NCBI GenBank assembly: GCA_003599055.1
Contig: QZIM01000002.1
Coordinates: forward strand, 70,097-134,096
Direction: 5' to 3'
DNA from: Candidatus Woesearchaeota archaeon
GTDB taxonomy: Archaea > Nanobdellota > Nanobdellia > Woesearchaeales > ARS49
DNA: 64,000 bases
Part shown: piece by piece, positions 62,807 to 64,000 of the stretch
How positions within the stretch are numbered: position 1 is the first letter of the stretch
How the letters are laid out: each line of letters begins with the position of its first letter
Translations under genes and position numbers: made by a program
Notes under the pieces: generated by a model
What the model was told of the DNA's origin: nothing
What the model saw: the letters and a program-made list of their open reading frames with translations, nothing else
The model's database searches: none

Positions 62807-63175
62807 TTAGCGGCACGGGCCTGCTTGTTCCTGAACGATTCTTCCGCCGCAGTTGTCTGCGCAGACTTTTTCTGCGATTGCGCGGTCAATGGAGGTGATG
62901 CCGGATGAGATGCAGCTGCACGTGTAGCAGTTTTGAATGTCTGTTTCAATTGCGCGGCCGCCCGGGAATGCTCTGCTTCCTTCGATGGCGACGCCGCGAA
63001 TCGCTCCGCCGTATTCTCTTGGTGCGGGAACGGTGAATCCGCCGGATACGCTGGGCGGGGGGAGAAGGCTAGTCTGTTGGGAGGAGGGCTGCGGCTGGCT
63101 CAGCACCAGCGCTATTGACAGTAGTGCTACGGTCAGAACAATAAGGAGTGTTGCCGTTGTTTGTCCTCTTTTCAC
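62807..63175 (-). CDS. small type IV pilin-like protein (class III signal peptide)
   Basis: MKRGQTTATLLIVLTVALLSIALVL is a prepilin-like start. The 122-aa size is typical of archaeal pilins, and there are 6 Cys at the C-terminus. Confidence 0.55.
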   Translation of the reverse strand: MKRGQTTATLLIVLTVALLSIALVLSQPQPSSQQTSLLPPPSVSGGFTVPAPREYGGAIRGVAIEGSRAFPGGRAIETDIQNCYTCSCISSGITSIDRAIAEKVCADNCGGRIVQEQAGPCR

Positions 63176-63716
63176 GTTTTCCTCCGGTGGCTTTGCCCTT
63201 TTTAATTCTTTCTTCCTTTTTGGGGTCAGTTTGGAGTGCGTGTGCTTTGAGAAGTGAGTACGTGCTGTTCGGTTTTTGGGCGGTCAGTGTGCAGACGTAT
63301 TGGTCGTAACAGCGCCGCGTGACTTTTCCGTCGCCGCCGATGCGCACTGCTGCGGTGGTATCCTGAGTTCTGGTGAATCCTTTGCGAATGATGGCTCTTT
63401 TGAGGGGAGATTGCGGGAGGAGTCGGTCAAGGGCGTTCTTGTTTCTTCCTGCGGCAATGTCTGCAAGGTCGGCATCGTTAAATTCGGTCAGGAGGCAGTC
63501 TGAGGTGATGGTGTAGGTAATGTCGCAAAGGGAGGGGATGTCGTTGTTTGCGCGAACGTCAATGGTGCACGTTTCGCTGTCAAGGCGCAGTCCGTCAATC
63601 GTTCGTTCAAGGGTTGCTTTGCCGTCGAAGTAGTGGCGTTCTTTGCGGGTCGTTCCGGGGCAGTTTTTGGTAAGTTTGGAGTACAAGTCATCAAGTTGCG
63701 CTCTTCCGGAATACAT
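63069..63716 (-). CDS. hypothetical protein; 3' end overlaps pilin gene in another frame
   Basis: ORF of 215 aa whose last about 35 codons overlap the first about 35 codons of the pilin ORF. Possibly a frameshifted or degraded gene, or a real overlap. Confidence 0.3.
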   Translation of the reverse strand: MYSGRAQLDDLYSKLTKNCPGTTRKERHYFDGKATLERTIDGLRLDSETCTIDVRANNDIPSLCDITYTITSDCLLTEFNDADLADIAAGRNKNALDRLLPQSPLKRAIIRKGFTRTQDTTAAVRIGGDGKVTRRCYDQYVCTLTAQKPNSTYSLLKAHALQTDPKKEERIKKGKATGGKREKRTNNGNTPYCSDRSTTVNSAGAEPAAALLPTD

Positions 63717-63779
63717 GCGGGAGGGTGGCTCGGGAATAATTTAAAAAGCTATTGGCAAAAATCACTTCTTGGAAGTCAT

Positions 63780-64000
63780 ATGATGAAGCTCGGAATCCTT
63801 TTTTCAGGAGGAAAGGACAGCACGCTTGCCCTGCATCGGGCAGCGGAAAGCCACGAAATTGCCTGTTTGATTACGGTAGTTTCCGAAAACCCCGCAAGTT
63901 TTATGTTTCATACGCCAAATATTGACTTGACGGGGTTGCAGGCAGAGGCGCTTGGCGTGCCGCTTGTGCGCGTGACAACCAAGGGCGAGAAGGAAACTGA
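63780..64000 (+). CDS. Dph6-like PP-loop ATPase (diphthine-ammonia ligase / MJ0570 family), 3'-truncated at window edge
   Basis: MMKLGILFSGGKDSTLALH is the PP-loop SGGKDS motif at the N-terminus. The ORF continues past the window end. Confidence 0.6.
   Translation, partial: MMKLGILFSGGKDSTLALHRAAESHEIACLITVVSENPASFMFHTPNIDLTGLQAEALGVPLVRVTTKGEKET

Overview
This 64-kb window is GC-rich (about 55-58% GC, with sharply AT-rich intergenic islands) and almost certainly archaeal. Housekeeping genes at both ends support that call: Dus, TruD, a NOG1-type GTPase, a TIGR00375-type PHP protein, a TIGR00024-type phosphoesterase, class-II LysRS, RimK, a Dph6-like PP-loop ATPase, and an encoded tRNA-Pro with no CCA. 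The repertoire of giant surface proteins is reminiscent of DPANN-like archaea. The centre of the window (about 21.5-46.7 kb) is a cell-surface locus built from three repeats of one module: a large protein with a type-IV-pilin-like (class III) signal peptide, followed by one or two giant secreted proteins of 900-2400 aa. These two sets form paralogous families. Domains found in the giant proteins are FN3, TSP3-like and Cys-rich repeats, cupredoxin, and a degenerate M64-like peptidase fold. I consider this the most likely undescribed system in the window, possibly an adhesion or attachment apparatus. Other notable items: (1) a tRNA-Pro(UGG) followed by a tandem array of its own 3' end embedded in hairpin-bearing ~100-bp units; (2) a ~170-nt structured element duplicated on both sides of a NUDIX gene; (3) a 101-bp direct repeat bracketing a vapBC cassette; (4) four toxin-antitoxin-like pairs; (5) a translationally coupled operon of a tandem nucleotidyltransferase, an HExxH peptidase and a small protein; (6) a recurring lipobox plus Pro-rich N-terminal motif; and (7) a CarF/TMEM189-like desaturase. 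No CRISPR, integrase or transposase was seen. All protein-family calls rest on motif recognition by eye and should be confirmed by HMM search.
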